NCBI GenBank assembly: GCA_963713975.1
Contig: OY970218.1
Span: forward strand, 1,088,001 to 1,152,000
DNA from: an uncultured Chloroflexia bacterium
Lineage (GTDB): Bacteria; Chloroflexota; Limnocylindria; Limnocylindrales; CSP1-4
DNA: 64,000 nt
Direction: 5' to 3'
The stretch's first letter is position 1; each line of letters opens with the position of its first letter. The notes beneath the pieces were generated by a model. The model did no database searches and had not been told where the DNA came from. It saw only the letters and a list, made by a program, of their open reading frames with translations. Below, piece after piece: positions 39,600-50,796 of the stretch. A program made the translations under genes and the position numbers.

Positions 39600-42362
39600 C
39601 TAGTTCACGAGGTCGCCGTCGTCCGGCCGCTTTCGCTCCCCGAGCGGTGGCAGGTCGAACGCGGACCCGCGTCCGGCGGCGTCCCTCGCATCGGCTCCGG
39701 CGACATCACGGCCCCCCGCGGCACGGGCGTCGCGACGGTCGTCCGCATCGGCCACCACCGTTGACGACGCGGTCGAGAACACGAGGGTCGATCCAGCCAC
39801 CGGGTCGGCATCTGCAGTCACGGTGTCGCCGGGCTTGAACGTCCCGGAGAGAAGGGCCCGTGCAAAGGGGTTCTCCACGAGCCGCTGGATGGTCCGCTTG
39901 AGGGGTCGGGCGCCAAAGGCCGGGTCCGTGCCCTCGCGCACGATCAGCGCCTGGGCCGCGGGCGTCACCTCGAGGGTCAGGTCGTTGGCGGTGATCCGCA
40001 CCTGCAGGTCGGCCAGCAGCAGGCCCGCGATGGCTGCCAGGTCCGCGTCGCCCAGCGCGTGGAACACGATGACCTCGTCGATCCGGTTGAGGAACTCAGG
40101 CCGGAAGGTGCCGCGCAGCTGGTCCGTGACCCGGCGCTTCATCGACTCGTAGTCCTCGCCGCCCGGTCGCCCGGCGAACCCCTGGATCTCCTGGCTGCCG
40201 ATGTTCGAGGTCATGATCACGACGGTGTTCTTGAAGTCCACGGTCCGGCCCTGCGAGTCCGTGAGACGGCCGTCGTCGAGCACCTGGAGGAGCACGTTGA
40301 AGACGTCGGGATGGGCCTTCTCGATCTCGTCGAGGAGGATCACCTGGTACGGCCGCCGGCGGACGGCCTCGGTCAGCTGGCCGCCCTCCTCGTACCCCAC
40401 GTAGCCGGGAGGTGCGCCGACCAGACGCGAGACGGCGAACTTCTCCATGTACTCGCTCATGTCGATGCGCACCATCGCGTGCTCGTCGTCGAACAGGAAC
40501 TGGGCGAGGGCGCGGGCCAGCTCGGTCTTGCCGACGCCCGTGGGCCCCAGGAACAGGAACGAGCCGATAGGCCGTCGTGGGTCCTTGAGCCCGGCACGCG
40601 CCCGGCGGACCGCGTCCGACACGGCGCCGATGGCCTCGTCCTGGCCGATGACGCGGTCGTGGAGGCGCTCCTCCATGTGGACCAGCTTCTCGAGCTCGCC
40701 CTCCAGGAGCCGGGTGACGGGGATCCCCGTCCAGGCGGCGACGATCTCGGCCACGTCGTCGGCCGACACTTCCTCCTTGAGGAGCGCGCCTGGGCCCTGG
40801 AGGGCGGCGAGCGCCGCCTCCTCGGCCTGCATCCGCTCGGCCAGCTCTCCGGCCCGGCCATACTTGAGCTCCGCGGCGCGGCCGTAGTCGGCCTCACGCT
40901 CGGCCTGCTCGATCCGGACCTGGAGCTGCTCCAGCTCCGACTTGGTGGCCTGCATCGCGCTGATGGCGTCCTTCTCGGCTTCCCAGCGCTGCTTCATCGC
41001 GCCGGCCTCCTCGCCGATCTCGCCGAGCTCCTTCTCCAGCGATTCCAGGCGGGCCCGGGAGGCGTCGTCGGTCTCCTTGCGCAGGGCCTCGCGCTCGATC
41101 TCCAGCTGGATCCGGCGTCGCTCGAGCTCGTCCAGCTCGACCGGCATCGAGTCGATCTCCATCCGCAGCCGGCTGGCGGCCTCGTCCACCAGGTCGATCG
41201 CCTTGTCCGGCAGGAAGCGCTCCGTGATGTAGCGGTCGGACAGGGTGGCCGCGGCGACCAGCGCCGAGTCCGTGATCCGGACCCCGTGGTGGACCTCGTA
41301 GCGCTCCCGCAGGCCGCGCAGAATCGAGATCGTCTCCTCCACCGACGGCTGGTCCACGAGGACCGGCTGGAAGCGGCGCTCGAGCGCAGCGTCCTTCTCG
41401 ATGTGCTTTCGGTACTCGTCGAGCGTCGTCGCCCCGATCGTGTGCAGCTCGCCGCGAGCAAGCATGGGCTTGAGCAGGTTGGACGCGTCCATCGCGCCCT
41501 CGGCCGCCCCCGCGCCCACGACGGTGTGCAGCTCGTCGATGAACAGGATCACGCGCCCTTCGCTGTCCTTGATCTCCTTGAGGACCGCCTTGAGGCGCTC
41601 CTCGAACTCGCCGCGGAACTTGGAGCCGGCGATGAGCGCCCCGAGATCGAGCGTGATCACCCGCTTGTCCTTGAGCGTCTCGGGGACGTCACCACGCACG
41701 ATCCGCTGGGCGAGGCCCTCCGCGATGGCCGTCTTGCCAACGCCGGGCTCGCCGATGAGGACCGGGTTGTTCTTGGTCCGGCGCGACAGGACCTGGATGA
41801 CCCGGCGGATCTCCTCGTCCCGCCCGATGACCGGGTCAAGCCCGCCCGCACGCGCCTCGGCGGTCAGGTCGCGACCGTACTTCTCCAAGGCCTGGTAGGT
41901 GCCCTCGGGGTTGGCGCTGGTCACGCGCTGGCCCCCGCGCACGGTCTGGAGGGCGCCGAGGATGGCCTCGCGGCCGGCGCCACTGCGCTCGAGGAGCTGC
42001 TGGGCCTCTCCCCCGGTCTCGGCGACGGCGAGCAGCAGGTGCTCGGTGGACGTGTACTCATCGCCCAGGCGCCGCGCCTCTTCCTGGGCGCGCTCGATGA
42101 CCTGCTTGGCGCGTGGGTCCAGCGCCAGCTGGCCGCCCTGGATCCGGGCCCGCCGGGCCAGGGTGGCGGCCAGCTCGCCGCGGAACGCGACCAGGTCCAC
42201 GCCAAGGCGTCGCAGGGTCTCGGCGGGGATGCCGTCGTCCGGCGTCACCAGGGCGGCGAGCAGGTGCTCGGCGTCGAGCACGGGGCTCTGCAGGCGCCCG
42301 GCTAGCTGCTGGGCGGTGATGATGGCCTCCTGGGCCTTCTCGGTGAAGCGGTCGAGCTGCAT
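39600..42362 (-). CDS. clpB: ATP-dependent disaggregase ClpB
   Basis: [11 protein letters not shown]; two AAA+ modules ([16 protein letters not shown]); coiled-coil M domain; [13 protein letters not shown]. Confidence 0.97.
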   Translation of the reverse strand: MQLDRFTEKAQEAIITAQQLAGRLQSPVLDAEHLLAALVTPDDGIPAETLRRLGVDLVAFRGELAATLARRARIQGGQLALDPRAKQVIERAQEEARRLGDEYTSTEHLLLAVAETGGEAQQLLERSGAGREAILGALQTVRGGQRVTSANPEGTYQALEKYGRDLTAEARAGGLDPVIGRDEEIRRVIQVLSRRTKNNPVLIGEPGVGKTAIAEGLAQRIVRGDVPETLKDKRVITLDLGALIAGSKFRGEFEERLKAVLKEIKDSEGRVILFIDELHTVVGAGAAEGAMDASNLLKPMLARGELHTIGATTLDEYRKHIEKDAALERRFQPVLVDQPSVEETISILRGLRERYEVHHGVRITDSALVAAATLSDRYITERFLPDKAIDLVDEAASRLRMEIDSMPVELDELERRRIQLEIEREALRKETDDASRARLESLEKELGEIGEEAGAMKQRWEAEKDAISAMQATKSELEQLQVRIEQAEREADYGRAAELKYGRAGELAERMQAEEAALAALQGPGALLKEEVSADDVAEIVAAWTGIPVTRLLEGELEKLVHMEERLHDRVIGQDEAIGAVSDAVRRARAGLKDPRRPIGSFLFLGPTGVGKTELARALAQFLFDDEHAMVRIDMSEYMEKFAVSRLVGAPPGYVGYEEGGQLTEAVRRRPYQVILLDEIEKAHPDVFNVLLQVLDDGRLTDSQGRTVDFKNTVVIMTSNIGSQEIQGFAGRPGGEDYESMKRRVTDQLRGTFRPEFLNRIDEVIVFHALGDADLAAIAGLLLADLQVRITANDLTLEVTPAAQALIVREGTDPAFGARPLKRTIQRLVENPFARALLSGTFKPGDTVTADADPVAGSTLVFSTASSTVVADADDRRDARAAGGRDVAGADARDAAGRGSAFDLPPLGERKRPDDGDLVN

Positions 42363-42399
42363 GGTTCGGTCTCGTGCTGGTGCGTGGTGGGTCGGGTGG

Positions 42400-43404
42400 T
42401 CAGGTGTCCGCCCGGGGGGCGGGCTGGTCGACGAGGTCGAGGAAGGTGCTGGCCGCGTCCCTCGCGCGGTCGTCCAGGATGGCGGGCAGGACCACCCGGA
42501 CCTTGACGTACAGGTCACCGGTGCCGCCGCCCTTGAGCCTGGGCATGCCCTGCCCCGTCAGGCGGATGGACTTGCCGGCCTGGGTGCCGGCCGGGATCGT
42601 GAGCAGGACCCGGCCCTTGAGCGTTGAGACGGGCACCGCCGCGCCCAGCAGCGCCTCGCGCAGCGACACCGCGAGCTCGCGCTCCAGGTCGGCACCCCTG
42701 CGCTGATAGGTTGCGTGGGGGCGGACGCGGACCGTCACGACGATGTCCTCGCCGCCGGGCCCCTTGCCGCTCAGCCTGACGCGGCTGCCGGTGTCAACGC
42801 CGCGCGGCAGTTGCACCTCGTACCGCTTGCCTTCCACGTCCAGCAGGCGGCTGGTCCCATGGAAGGCCTCCTCCAGGCTGATGTCGGCCGGGGCCTCGAT
42901 CTCACTCCTGGTCGCTCGATCTCGCGCGGCAGCACGGCTCCGTCCAGCGCCCCCCCGGGCGGCTCCCGCGGCCTGGGCGCCGGCCGCCGCACCCGAGAAG
43001 AACATGCGGAAGAAGTCGGAGAAGCCAGGATCGCCGCCGCCCGCGGTCCGGAACTCGTAGCGGACGTTGCCGCCCCCGCCGCCACCGGCGCCCCCGGTCC
43101 CGAACCCACCGAACCCCGCAAAGGGTCCGCCCGGCCCGAACGGATCGGCGCCCCCGCGGGCACCGGCACCCCGCTGGTACTGGTCCCAGTTCGCGCCAAG
43201 GGCGTCGTACTGCTTGCGCTTGTCGGGGTCCGACAGGACCGCGTTCGCCTCGTTGACGTCCTTGAACCGCCGCTCCGCGGCCGCATCACCGGGGTTCCGG
43301 TCCGGATGGTGCTCGCGCGCGAGCTTCCGGAATGCCTTCTTGACGTCGGCCTGGCTCGCCGACCGTGGCACCCCGAGGATCTCGTAGTAGTCGCGGTACT
43401 CCAT
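42400..43404 (-). CDS. cbpA: Class B J-domain protein (CbpA/DnaJ2, no Zn finger)
   Basis: [11 protein letters not shown] motif, G/F-rich region, C-terminal DnaJ domain without CxxCxGxG. Confidence 0.85.
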   Translation of the reverse strand: MEYRDYYEILGVPRSASQADVKKAFRKLAREHHPDRNPGDAAAERRFKDVNEANAVLSDPDKRKQYDALGANWDQYQRGAGARGGADPFGPGGPFAGFGGFGTGGAGGGGGGNVRYEFRTAGGGDPGFSDFFRMFFSGAAAGAQAAGAARGGAGRSRAAARDRATRSEIEAPADISLEEAFHGTSRLLDVEGKRYEVQLPRGVDTGSRVRLSGKGPGGEDIVVTVRVRPHATYQRRGADLERELAVSLREALLGAAVPVSTLKGRVLLTIPAGTQAGKSIRLTGQGMPRLKGGGTGDLYVKVRVVLPAILDDRARDAASTFLDLVDQPAPRADT

Positions 43405-43476
43405 TGTCCGATCCCCCCAGCCCGGGTGTGTCGACCCGTCGCCGGATCGTCACGCCCCGGGGTTCGGGTCGCTCCC

Positions 43477-45981
43477 TCAGTCGCCCTGGACGACGACCGG
43501 AGACTGGTCCGTGGGCGGGAACGGGTTCCGCCGCGCCCGCGGGTGTTGTTCCGTCTTGGACGCCTCGCCGCCGCCCTGGGCGATCGTGGGCGGCGCGGTG
43601 GTCAACGGCTTGGGCCGCCGCCGGAGCGCCGCCTCGAGGACCTGGTCCATCGTGTCGGCGAGGACCAGCTTGAGCTGCTTGCGGATCTCCTCGGGGATGT
43701 CCCGCAGGTCCTTCTCGTTCTTCTTGGGCAGGATGACCATGCCCGCGCCGGCCAGGTGGGCGGCGAGGATCTTGCTCTTGAGCCCGCCGATCGGCAGGAC
43801 GCGTCCCCGGAGCGTGATCTCGCCGGTCATGGCGACATCCTTGCGGACGGGGATCCCGGTGAGGGCGGAGACCATCGCCGTGGCCATGGTCACGCCCGCC
43901 GACGGGCCGTCCTTGGGGGTGGCGCCGGCCGGGACGTGGATGTGCAGGGTGTGCTTCTCGAACACCTCCCGCTGGATCCCGAGCTCCGTGGCGTGCGATC
44001 GGATCCAGGACAGCGCCGCCCGCGCCGATTCACGCATCACGTCGCCCAGCTGGCCGGTGAGGATGAAGTCCTCCTTGCCCTCCATGAGCGTGACCTCGAT
44101 CGCGACGACGTCGCCGCCCACCTCGGTCACCACGAGGCCGGTGGCGGAGCCGGTCTGGTCGACCGCCTCCAGCTCCCCGTACTCGAAGCGCGCCGGGCCG
44201 AGGTACTGCTCGAGCTTCTTCAGGCTGACCACGGTCTTGCGCTTGCGGCCCTCGGCCACCGAGCGTGCGACCTTGCGCATGATGTTGGCGAGCTCGCGCT
44301 CCAGGTTCCTGACACCGGCTTCGTGAGTGTAGGCCTGGACGAGCTCCGTGAGGACCTCGTCGATGATCTCGACGTGCTTGGCCTTGAGCCCGTGGTTCTC
44401 CATCTGCTTGGGGACCAGGAACCGCTTGGCGATCTCGACCTTCTCCTGCTGCGTGTAGCCGGGCAGGTAGATGACCTCCATCCGGTCACGCAGCGGCGCC
44501 GGGATCGGCTCCAGAAGGTTCGCCGTCGCGACGAACAGCACCTTGCGCAGGTCGAAGGGGACCTCGAGGTAGTTGTCCTGGAAGCTGAAGTTCTGCTCCG
44601 GGTCGAGGACCTCGAGCAGGGCGGACGACGGGTCACCCCGGAAGTCCATGCCGATCTTGTCCACCTCGTCGAGCATGAACACCGGGTTGTTCGTCCCGGC
44701 CGTCTTGATGCTCTGGATGATCCGGCCGGGAAGCGCGCCGATGTAGGTGCGGCGGTGACCGCGGATCTCCGCCTCGTCGTGGATGCCGCCGAGGCTCATC
44801 CGGGTGAACTTGCGACCCATCGCCCGGGCAATGCTCTTGCCGAGGCTGGTCTTGCCGACGCCCGGAGGGCCCACGAACAGCAGGATCGGGCTGCGGATGG
44901 TGTCGGCGAGGCTGCGCACCGCGAGATACTCGAGGATGCGCTCCTTGATCTTCTCGAGGCCGTAGTGGTCCTCGTCCAGGATCTGGGCAGCCTCCTTGAT
45001 GTCGAGGCGGTCGTCCGTGGAGGTGGTCCATGGAAGCGAGACGAGCCAGTCCACGTAGGTCCGGATCACGCCGACCTCGGGGGACGCGGACGGGATCCGG
45101 CTCATCCGGTCGATCTCCTTGATCGCCCTGGCCCGGACCTCCTCCGGCATGCCGGAGGACTCGACCTTCTCGCGTAGCTCGTTGATCTCGGCCTGCTGCG
45201 GGTCGTCCTCGCCCAGCTCGCGCTGGATGGCCTTGAGCTGCTCGCGCAGGATGTACTCCCGCTGGGTCTTGTCCATCTCGGACTTGACCTCGCTCTGGAT
45301 CTTGCCCTTGAGCTCGAGGATCTCGATCTGGCGGGCAAGGAACGCGGAGACGAGTTTGAGCCGCTCCTCGACGTCGGTGGTCTCGAGGAGCTCCTGGCGC
45401 TGCTCGGTCGACATGTCGGGGCTGTAGGCCACCATGTCCGCGAGGAGCCCGGGCTCGGTGATGTTGCGGGCGGCGACGGCAGCCTCGGGCGGAACCGGCG
45501 CGCCACTGGCGACGTACTGCTCGATCTGGGCCTGGACGCTCCGGATGAGGGCCTGGATCTCGACGCCCGCGGGCGTCGAGTCGTGGAGCTCTTCGACCCG
45601 CACGGCCAGGTACGGGGAGGTGTGCACGAACCCGTGGACGCGGATCCGCCCCTGTCCCTGGACGATGGCCCGGACCGTGCCGTCCTGCAGCTGCACGACC
45701 TGGGCGATCTTGGCGATGGTGCCGACGGAGTACAGCTCGGACGGATCTCCGATCTCCTCCTGTTCGGGCTGGCGCTGGGTCACGAGCGCGATCGGGCCGC
45801 CGGTCTCGGTTGCCGCGTTCAGCGCCGCAACGCTCTTCTCGCGCCCCACCTGGAGCGGGACGATCATCTCCGGGAAGATGACCGTCTCCCGGAGCGCCAC
45901 GAGCGGCAACTCGAGGATGGTCGGCGTGCCGGGCTCGGCCTGCTTCGGCTCCTCCTCCGGGTTGGACGGGCGCTTGGCCAT
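43477..45981 (-). CDS. lon: Lon protease
   Basis: [20 protein letters not shown], catalytic [15 protein letters not shown]. Confidence 0.97.
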   Translation of the reverse strand: MAKRPSNPEEEPKQAEPGTPTILELPLVALRETVIFPEMIVPLQVGREKSVAALNAATETGGPIALVTQRQPEQEEIGDPSELYSVGTIAKIAQVVQLQDGTVRAIVQGQGRIRVHGFVHTSPYLAVRVEELHDSTPAGVEIQALIRSVQAQIEQYVASGAPVPPEAAVAARNITEPGLLADMVAYSPDMSTEQRQELLETTDVEERLKLVSAFLARQIEILELKGKIQSEVKSEMDKTQREYILREQLKAIQRELGEDDPQQAEINELREKVESSGMPEEVRARAIKEIDRMSRIPSASPEVGVIRTYVDWLVSLPWTTSTDDRLDIKEAAQILDEDHYGLEKIKERILEYLAVRSLADTIRSPILLFVGPPGVGKTSLGKSIARAMGRKFTRMSLGGIHDEAEIRGHRRTYIGALPGRIIQSIKTAGTNNPVFMLDEVDKIGMDFRGDPSSALLEVLDPEQNFSFQDNYLEVPFDLRKVLFVATANLLEPIPAPLRDRMEVIYLPGYTQQEKVEIAKRFLVPKQMENHGLKAKHVEIIDEVLTELVQAYTHEAGVRNLERELANIMRKVARSVAEGRKRKTVVSLKKLEQYLGPARFEYGELEAVDQTGSATGLVVTEVGGDVVAIEVTLMEGKEDFILTGQLGDVMRESARAALSWIRSHATELGIQREVFEKHTLHIHVPAGATPKDGPSAGVTMATAMVSALTGIPVRKDVAMTGEITLRGRVLPIGGLKSKILAAHLAGAGMVILPKKNEKDLRDIPEEIRKQLKLVLADTMDQVLEAALRRRPKPLTTAPPTIAQGGGEASKTEQHPRARRNPFPPTDQSPVVVQGD

Positions 45982-46057
45982 CAGGGTTCTCCTTGGGTGC
46001 CGGCCGGCTGGTCCGGCGCAACGGGTTCAGTGCGTGGGTTGGTGGTCGACTCGTGGG

Positions 46058-46462
46058 TCAGGGGGACGGATCCGCGTGTGGCGTCCGTCCCCGTGGGGGC
46101 TCCGGTGTATCTGGTGTCTCCGTATTGTCCGCGGCCACCGCCGCGGCCCTTCGCTCACGTGTCCCTTCGTCATAGAGGGCTTCGAGGATCCTCTTGCCGA
46201 GACGCTCCTCGAGCTCGAACAGGGTGCGGACCCCCGCGAGGTTGACGCCGCGGTCCCTGGTGAGGTGCCGGATCCAGAGGATCCGTCGGATGTCCTCCTC
46301 GGAGTACAGGCGGATGTTGGTGGGCGTGCGCGCCGGGCAGACCAGGCCCTCGTCCTCGTAGATCCGGAGGGTCCTCGGGTGGGCCGAGACGAGCGTCGCG
46401 GCCACGCTGATGACATACACCGGCCGGGTTGCGTCCCGGTCCGGCCGGCGCGCCGCCGCCAT
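46058..46462 (-). CDS. hspR: HspR-type MerR-family heat-shock repressor
   Basis: 'PVYVISVAATLV..HPRTLRIYE..GLV.P.R...RLYS..D', 'GVNLAGV'; heat-shock context. Confidence 0.85.
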   Translation of the reverse strand: MAAARRPDRDATRPVYVISVAATLVSAHPRTLRIYEDEGLVCPARTPTNIRLYSEEDIRRILWIRHLTRDRGVNLAGVRTLFELEERLGKRILEALYDEGTRERRAAAVAADNTETPDTPEPPRGRTPHADPSP

Positions 46463-46465
46463 CGG

Positions 46466-46546
46466 TCAGGCCCCGGCCATGCCGGCCTCCGCCTGGCGAA
46501 GCGTCAACGGCTCGCTGAAGGGCGACGGGCGACGGGTCAACGTCAT
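46466..46546 (-). pseudogene. 26-codon remnant resembling an Hsp20 N-terminus (MTLTRRPSPFSEPLTLRQA...)
   Basis: Strong AGGAGG RBS; resembles the sHSP N-terminal 'RRPSPF.E..TLRQAMDRLF' pattern; no alpha-crystallin domain. Confidence 0.55.
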
Positions 46547-46640
46547 CACATCAACCTCCTGGGTACGTGCCGACGGTTCTTGCAAAGGGTCTTGTTGGTG
46601 GTCGCCGACAGGCAGCCGCGCGGCCAGCCGGACATGACAT

Positions 46641-46671
46641 AGCCTAGAACCCTGACAATATCGTTGTCAAG
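46641..46671 (-). promoter_or_regulatory. Heat-shock operon promoter TTGACA-18-TAGGCT with HAIR-like palindrome CTTGACA-N7-TGTCAGG
   Basis: -35 at 46670-46665, -10 at 46646-46641; inverted repeat at 46651-46671. Confidence 0.7.
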
Positions 46672-46922
46672 AGAGATACCACCCCACCGCGATACCTCGG
46701 CCGCAGTCTGCACCCGACAGGCTCGAGGCCTCGGTGTTCAGCCCCGGTCGAACGCGCTGGAGCACGACCGGACTTCGGGTCGTGAAAACCACGCATGACG
46801 CCGTCCTATCCGGACTCCTGGGTCGGGGCGGCCATCGATGCTGGGCCTCGCGCGGTCGCAAACAGGACTCCGAGGCCTGGGGCCGCAGTTCGCCCGAGCG
46901 AGCCCGGGAGTCAGGTTGGCGC

Positions 46923-46952
46923 CCGCGGGTCGCCCGCCCTGACGGCCCGCGG
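46923..46952 (-). terminator. Stem-loop downstream of trkA
   Basis: CCGCGGG...CCCGCGG inverted repeat immediately after the stop. Confidence 0.4.
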
Positions 46953-46953
46953 C

Positions 46954-47625
46954 CTACGCCTCGGTGTGCTCGCCGATCAGCTGGTTGCGGAGCTCTTCCT
47001 CGCAGTCGGGCCGCCCGATTGCGATCACCTTGTCGCCCTCGGCGAGCACGGTGTCGGCGCGGAGCGGCGTCGGGGTCCCGTTGCGGATGACACCGAACAG
47101 GGAGCAGCCCTGGGGCACCGTGAGGTCCACGGCCAGGCGTCCCACCGCCGGCGAGCCCGGCAGGAGGTGGGCCTCGATGATCTCGAGCTCGCCGACGCCG
47201 AGGGCCGCGAGGTGCAGCAGCTCATGCACCGGGATGTCCTGTTCGATGGAGCCGAGGATCATGCGCGTGGGGCTGATGATCTCGTCCACGCCCAAGTGGC
47301 GGAAGAGCGCCTCGTTCTTGGGGTTGTTGACCCGGGCGATCGTCCGCGGTACGTCGAAGTGGTGCTTGGCCATTTGGCAGATCACGAGGTTGTCCTCGTC
47401 GTCCCCCGTCACCGCGGCCACGATGTCGGCCCGGTTGGCACCCGCCTCGTGGAGGTACTTGCCCTCGCAGCCGTCCTGGGCGATGACGACGGACCCGATC
47501 TCGTTCCTGACCCGCTCCGCCCGGGACGGGTCCTTCTCCATGAGGGCCACCTCGTGGCCTGAAGCGATCAACTCCTTCGTCAGGTAGTACCCGACCTTGC
47601 CGCCACCCACCACAAGCACGAACAT
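46954..47625 (-). CDS. trkA: TrkA/KtrA RCK regulatory protein (RCK_N + RCK_C)
   Basis: GGGKVG, 'AVTGDDEDN', 'TIARVNNP', RCK_C domain. Confidence 0.9.
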   Translation of the reverse strand: MFVLVVGGGKVGYYLTKELIASGHEVALMEKDPSRAERVRNEIGSVVIAQDGCEGKYLHEAGANRADIVAAVTGDDEDNLVICQMAKHHFDVPRTIARVNNPKNEALFRHLGVDEIISPTRMILGSIEQDIPVHELLHLAALGVGELEIIEAHLLPGSPAVGRLAVDLTVPQGCSLFGVIRNGTPTPLRADTVLAEGDKVIAIGRPDCEEELRNQLIGEHTEA

Positions 47626-47628
47626 CGC

Positions 47629-48147
47629 CTATGCCTCCGAAGCCGAGGGGCGGGCAGCCGGTCCGCGGTCGAGGTCGGTCGCTTGCGGCTGCACGTCGGG
47701 ATGGGCGTGCGGCTGCTCCGGGGCGTAGATGCCGGGGATGTCCGGCGCCGCCTGGCCGATGAAGTCCAGCACGGAGGTGGTCATGAGGTTGGTCCGGCAC
47801 AGGGTCGTGATGCCCAGGTGGGCGTAGGCCTCTGCGCGGACCGGGTCATTGATCTTGGCGACGCATCGGCGGGCGCTGAGCGCCTCGATGGCGAGCTGGG
47901 CCGCCATCACGTTGCGGTTGTCGCCCTCGGTCAGCGCCAGGAACAGGTCGGCGTCCTCTGCGCCTTCGCGCCGCAGCGTGTCCTCGTCCGTGCCGTCGCC
48001 GCGGATCGCGGTCCCGCCGAAGCTCGCCGGCAGTCGATCGAACGCCGCCGAGGCCATGTCGAGGATCAGGACCTGCCAGCCGGCGCGATCCAGCTCGTCG
48101 GCCATTCCGGCCCCGACGCGACCGCAGCCGACGATGACAACCTTCAT
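47629..48147 (-). CDS. TrkA/KtrA RCK_N-only protein
   Basis: 'VVIVGCGRVG', 'GDGTD', 'TEGDNRN', 'AKINDPVRA'. Confidence 0.88.
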   Translation of the reverse strand: MKVVIVGCGRVGAGMADELDRAGWQVLILDMASAAFDRLPASFGGTAIRGDGTDEDTLRREGAEDADLFLALTEGDNRNVMAAQLAIEALSARRCVAKINDPVRAEAYAHLGITTLCRTNLMTTSVLDFIGQAAPDIPGIYAPEQPHAHPDVQPQATDLDRGPAARPSASEA

Positions 48148-48602
48148 GCTTGCTCCTCGGGCATCGCTTCGCGGATGACCCAGACCCCGCAGGGTGCGTT
48201 CCTCAGGATGTAGGGAATGGTCCGGCCGACCGTGAACTCGCCACCGAATCGGCGGCGGAACGGCAGGCCGCAGATGATGAGATCGGCCTCGCGCTCGATC
48301 GCCTCGTCCACGATGGCTGCCCCCACGTCGCGTGCCTGGAGGAGCACCGTCTCCAGCTGGAAGCGACTCGCCTCCGCCGTGGCCTCGGCGATGTCGAGGA
48401 CCCGCTGTGCACCCTCGTCGTGACCGGCGACATCGGCGTCGAGTGGGAGCGTCCAGTCGATCTCGACCACGTGCACGCCGACGAGATCGGCATGGCCGGT
48501 CCGTGCGAGCTCAGCGGCGAGCGACACGATCTTGCGGTCCGTCCGGGCGCCCGACAGGGCAACGACCGCGCGTCGGAATTGGGGAGCCGACGAATCGGCC
48601 AC
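48144..48602 (-). CDS. Universal stress protein
   Basis: 'VHVVE', 'AIVDEAIEREADLII.G', 'GRTIPYILRNAPC.V'. Confidence 0.85.
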   Translation of the reverse strand: MADSSAPQFRRAVVALSGARTDRKIVSLAAELARTGHADLVGVHVVEIDWTLPLDADVAGHDEGAQRVLDIAEATAEASRFQLETVLLQARDVGAAIVDEAIEREADLIICGLPFRRRFGGEFTVGRTIPYILRNAPCGVWVIREAMPEEQA

Positions 48603-48746
48603 GATGGCGAGACGCCTCCGATTGAGGCGACGACGGCGGGGACATCGGGAGGCTCCCGGCCGGTTCGTCGCGCCGCGTCACGATACCACCGGGCCGCGCG
48701 GCGAGTGGCCGTCAGCGGCCCCGCTGGCCGGGGAGAAGCGGAGGGC

Positions 48747-50792
48747 TCACGCGGAATCGGTGGTGTCGTCCACGTGCTCGCTGCGCCGGTACGGGACGTC
48801 CGCGATGACGGTGTGCTCGCGGCCGACCATGGCCGACTTGAGGCGCTTGGCCGCCTGGTTGTAGAGCAGGCGGTCCCACCAGTGACGGGCGACGTACTCG
48901 GGCAGGACCACGATCGTCGTCGGGACCTCCTTGTCCGGCGGCCACGCTCGCTCCAGGACGTCGAGGTAGGTCACGACCGGTCCCACCAGGGCCCGGTACG
49001 GCGATTCCACCACCACCAGCGGCACGCCGGGCAGCTGGCGCTCCCAGCGCTCGCGCAGGCGCTCGGCCTCCTCCAGCTCGGTGGTCACGAAGACCGCCTG
49101 GAGCATGGACGGGTCAGAGGCGAGGGACTTGCCGAACATGACCGCCTGGACCACGGACCGGTTGATCCCGTTCACCGGGATCACCACGCGCTGCTCCCGG
49201 TGCGGCCGGTCGAAGACGAGATCGTCGCGGACGTCCAGCTCCGCCGCCTGGCCCTCGTACTGGCGATGGATGAACAGCATGATGGCGACCAGGCTCGGGA
49301 TCAGCAGGGTGATGAACCACGCTCCGGACGTGAACTTGACCGAGGTGACCACGACGGCGATCACGCCGGTCAGCACGGCGCCGGTGGCGTTGATGACGAG
49401 CCGGTATCGCCAGCCCTGGTCCTTGGTGCTCAGCCAATGGCGGACCATGCCGGACTGGGAGATCGTGAAATCGATGAACACGCCCACCGCGTACAGCGGG
49501 ATCAGGGCATGGGTGGAGCCGCCACCGGCGATCACCACCAGCGCGGCCGCAGCTCCCAGGATCAGGATCCCGGTGGAGTAGGCGAGTCGGTCGCCGCGGA
49601 ACGCGAACTGGCGCGGGATGAAGCCGTCCTCGGCGAGCACGGCCGCCAGGCGCGGGAACGCCGCGAACGACGTATTGGCCGCCAGGAACAGCAGCAGCGC
49701 GGTGAACGCCTGGAACATGTAGAAGCCAAAGGTGTCGCCGTAGACGTGGTTGGCGATCTGGGCGATGACGGTCTGGCTCGGGGACGGGAGGATGTGGAAG
49801 CTCGAGGCCAGGAACGTCATCCCGATGAACAGGATGGCGAGGATGATCGCCATGGCCATCAGGGTCCGGGCGGCGTTCGTGGCCTCGGGGGGCTTGAATG
49901 CCGGCACGCCGGTGGCGATGGCCTCGGTCCCCGTGAGCGCGACCGCTCCGGAGGCGAACGCCCGGAGCAGGATGAGGATCGTCACGTCGTGGGCCGTCTC
50001 AGCCATGGCCGCGACGACCTCGGGCGAGGGCGTGGGACCCGTGTCGCCCATGAACAGGATCCGGACCGTTCCCATGCCGATCATCAGGAACGCGCTGCCC
50101 AGGAACAGGTAGGTCGGGATCGCGAAGATGTTGCCCGCCTCGCGCATGCCCCGCAGGTTGCCGAGGGTGATCAGGCCGATGGCCGACACGCCGATGACCA
50201 CTTTCCAGTCATGGAGGGCGGGCACCGCGGAGGCGATCTGCTCCACGGCGGAGGACGTGGACACCGCCACCGTCAGGGTGTAGTCGATCAGCAGCGCGGA
50301 CGCCGCGACCAGCGAGGCGAGCCGGCCGAAGTTCGCCTTCGACACCGAATACGATCCGCCGCCGTTCGGGTAGGCGATGCACACCTGCCGGTAGCTGAAG
50401 GCCACGATCCCCAGCAGGATGGCGATCGCGATGCTGACCTCGACGGACAGGCTGAAGGCGAGCCCGCCGACGCCCGCCAGGATGAACGCGAGCAGGATCT
50501 CCTCGGTGGCGTAGGCCGACGACGAGATCGCGTCCGAGCTGAAGATCGCGAGCGCCTTCTTCTTGTTGAGGCGTTCCCCGATCTCCTCCTCGTTCGCCAG
50601 GGGGCGCCCCAGCAGCACTTGTTTGAGGCGGGCGTTGAATCGGCCCATCGACGTCGTCGGCGCGCTGGCCGCCGCCTTTGCGGTGAGCTGGCCGGGTCCG
50701 GTGTACCGGAAGTACGGCGAGTGGTGGCGCTCGACGCGGATGCGCTTGTCGCCGGGCTTCCGGCCGGAGATGGGCCGACGGCCACCGAGCAT
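48747..50792 (-). CDS. kimA: KimA/YdaO-type APC-family K+ importer
   Basis: 'ALAIFSSDAISSSAYATEE', 'AYPNGGGSY', 'ALTGTEAI', 'LIPLYAVGVF', cytoplasmic 'ESPYRAL..PE..WWDRLL'. Confidence 0.85.
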   Translation of the reverse strand: MLGGRRPISGRKPGDKRIRVERHHSPYFRYTGPGQLTAKAAASAPTTSMGRFNARLKQVLLGRPLANEEEIGERLNKKKALAIFSSDAISSSAYATEEILLAFILAGVGGLAFSLSVEVSIAIAILLGIVAFSYRQVCIAYPNGGGSYSVSKANFGRLASLVAASALLIDYTLTVAVSTSSAVEQIASAVPALHDWKVVIGVSAIGLITLGNLRGMREAGNIFAIPTYLFLGSAFLMIGMGTVRILFMGDTGPTPSPEVVAAMAETAHDVTILILLRAFASGAVALTGTEAIATGVPAFKPPEATNAARTLMAMAIILAILFIGMTFLASSFHILPSPSQTVIAQIANHVYGDTFGFYMFQAFTALLLFLAANTSFAAFPRLAAVLAEDGFIPRQFAFRGDRLAYSTGILILGAAAALVVIAGGGSTHALIPLYAVGVFIDFTISQSGMVRHWLSTKDQGWRYRLVINATGAVLTGVIAVVVTSVKFTSGAWFITLLIPSLVAIMLFIHRQYEGQAAELDVRDDLVFDRPHREQRVVIPVNGINRSVVQAVMFGKSLASDPSMLQAVFVTTELEEAERLRERWERQLPGVPLVVVESPYRALVGPVVTYLDVLERAWPPDKEVPTTIVVLPEYVARHWWDRLLYNQAAKRLKSAMVGREHTVIADVPYRRSEHVDDTTDSA

Positions 50793-50796
50793 CGGG

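Noticed and set aside
46813-46912. SRP RNA or tRNA
   Set aside because: No SRP domain IV consensus (CAGG..GNRA..AGCAG) and no cloverleaf/TTCGA arm.
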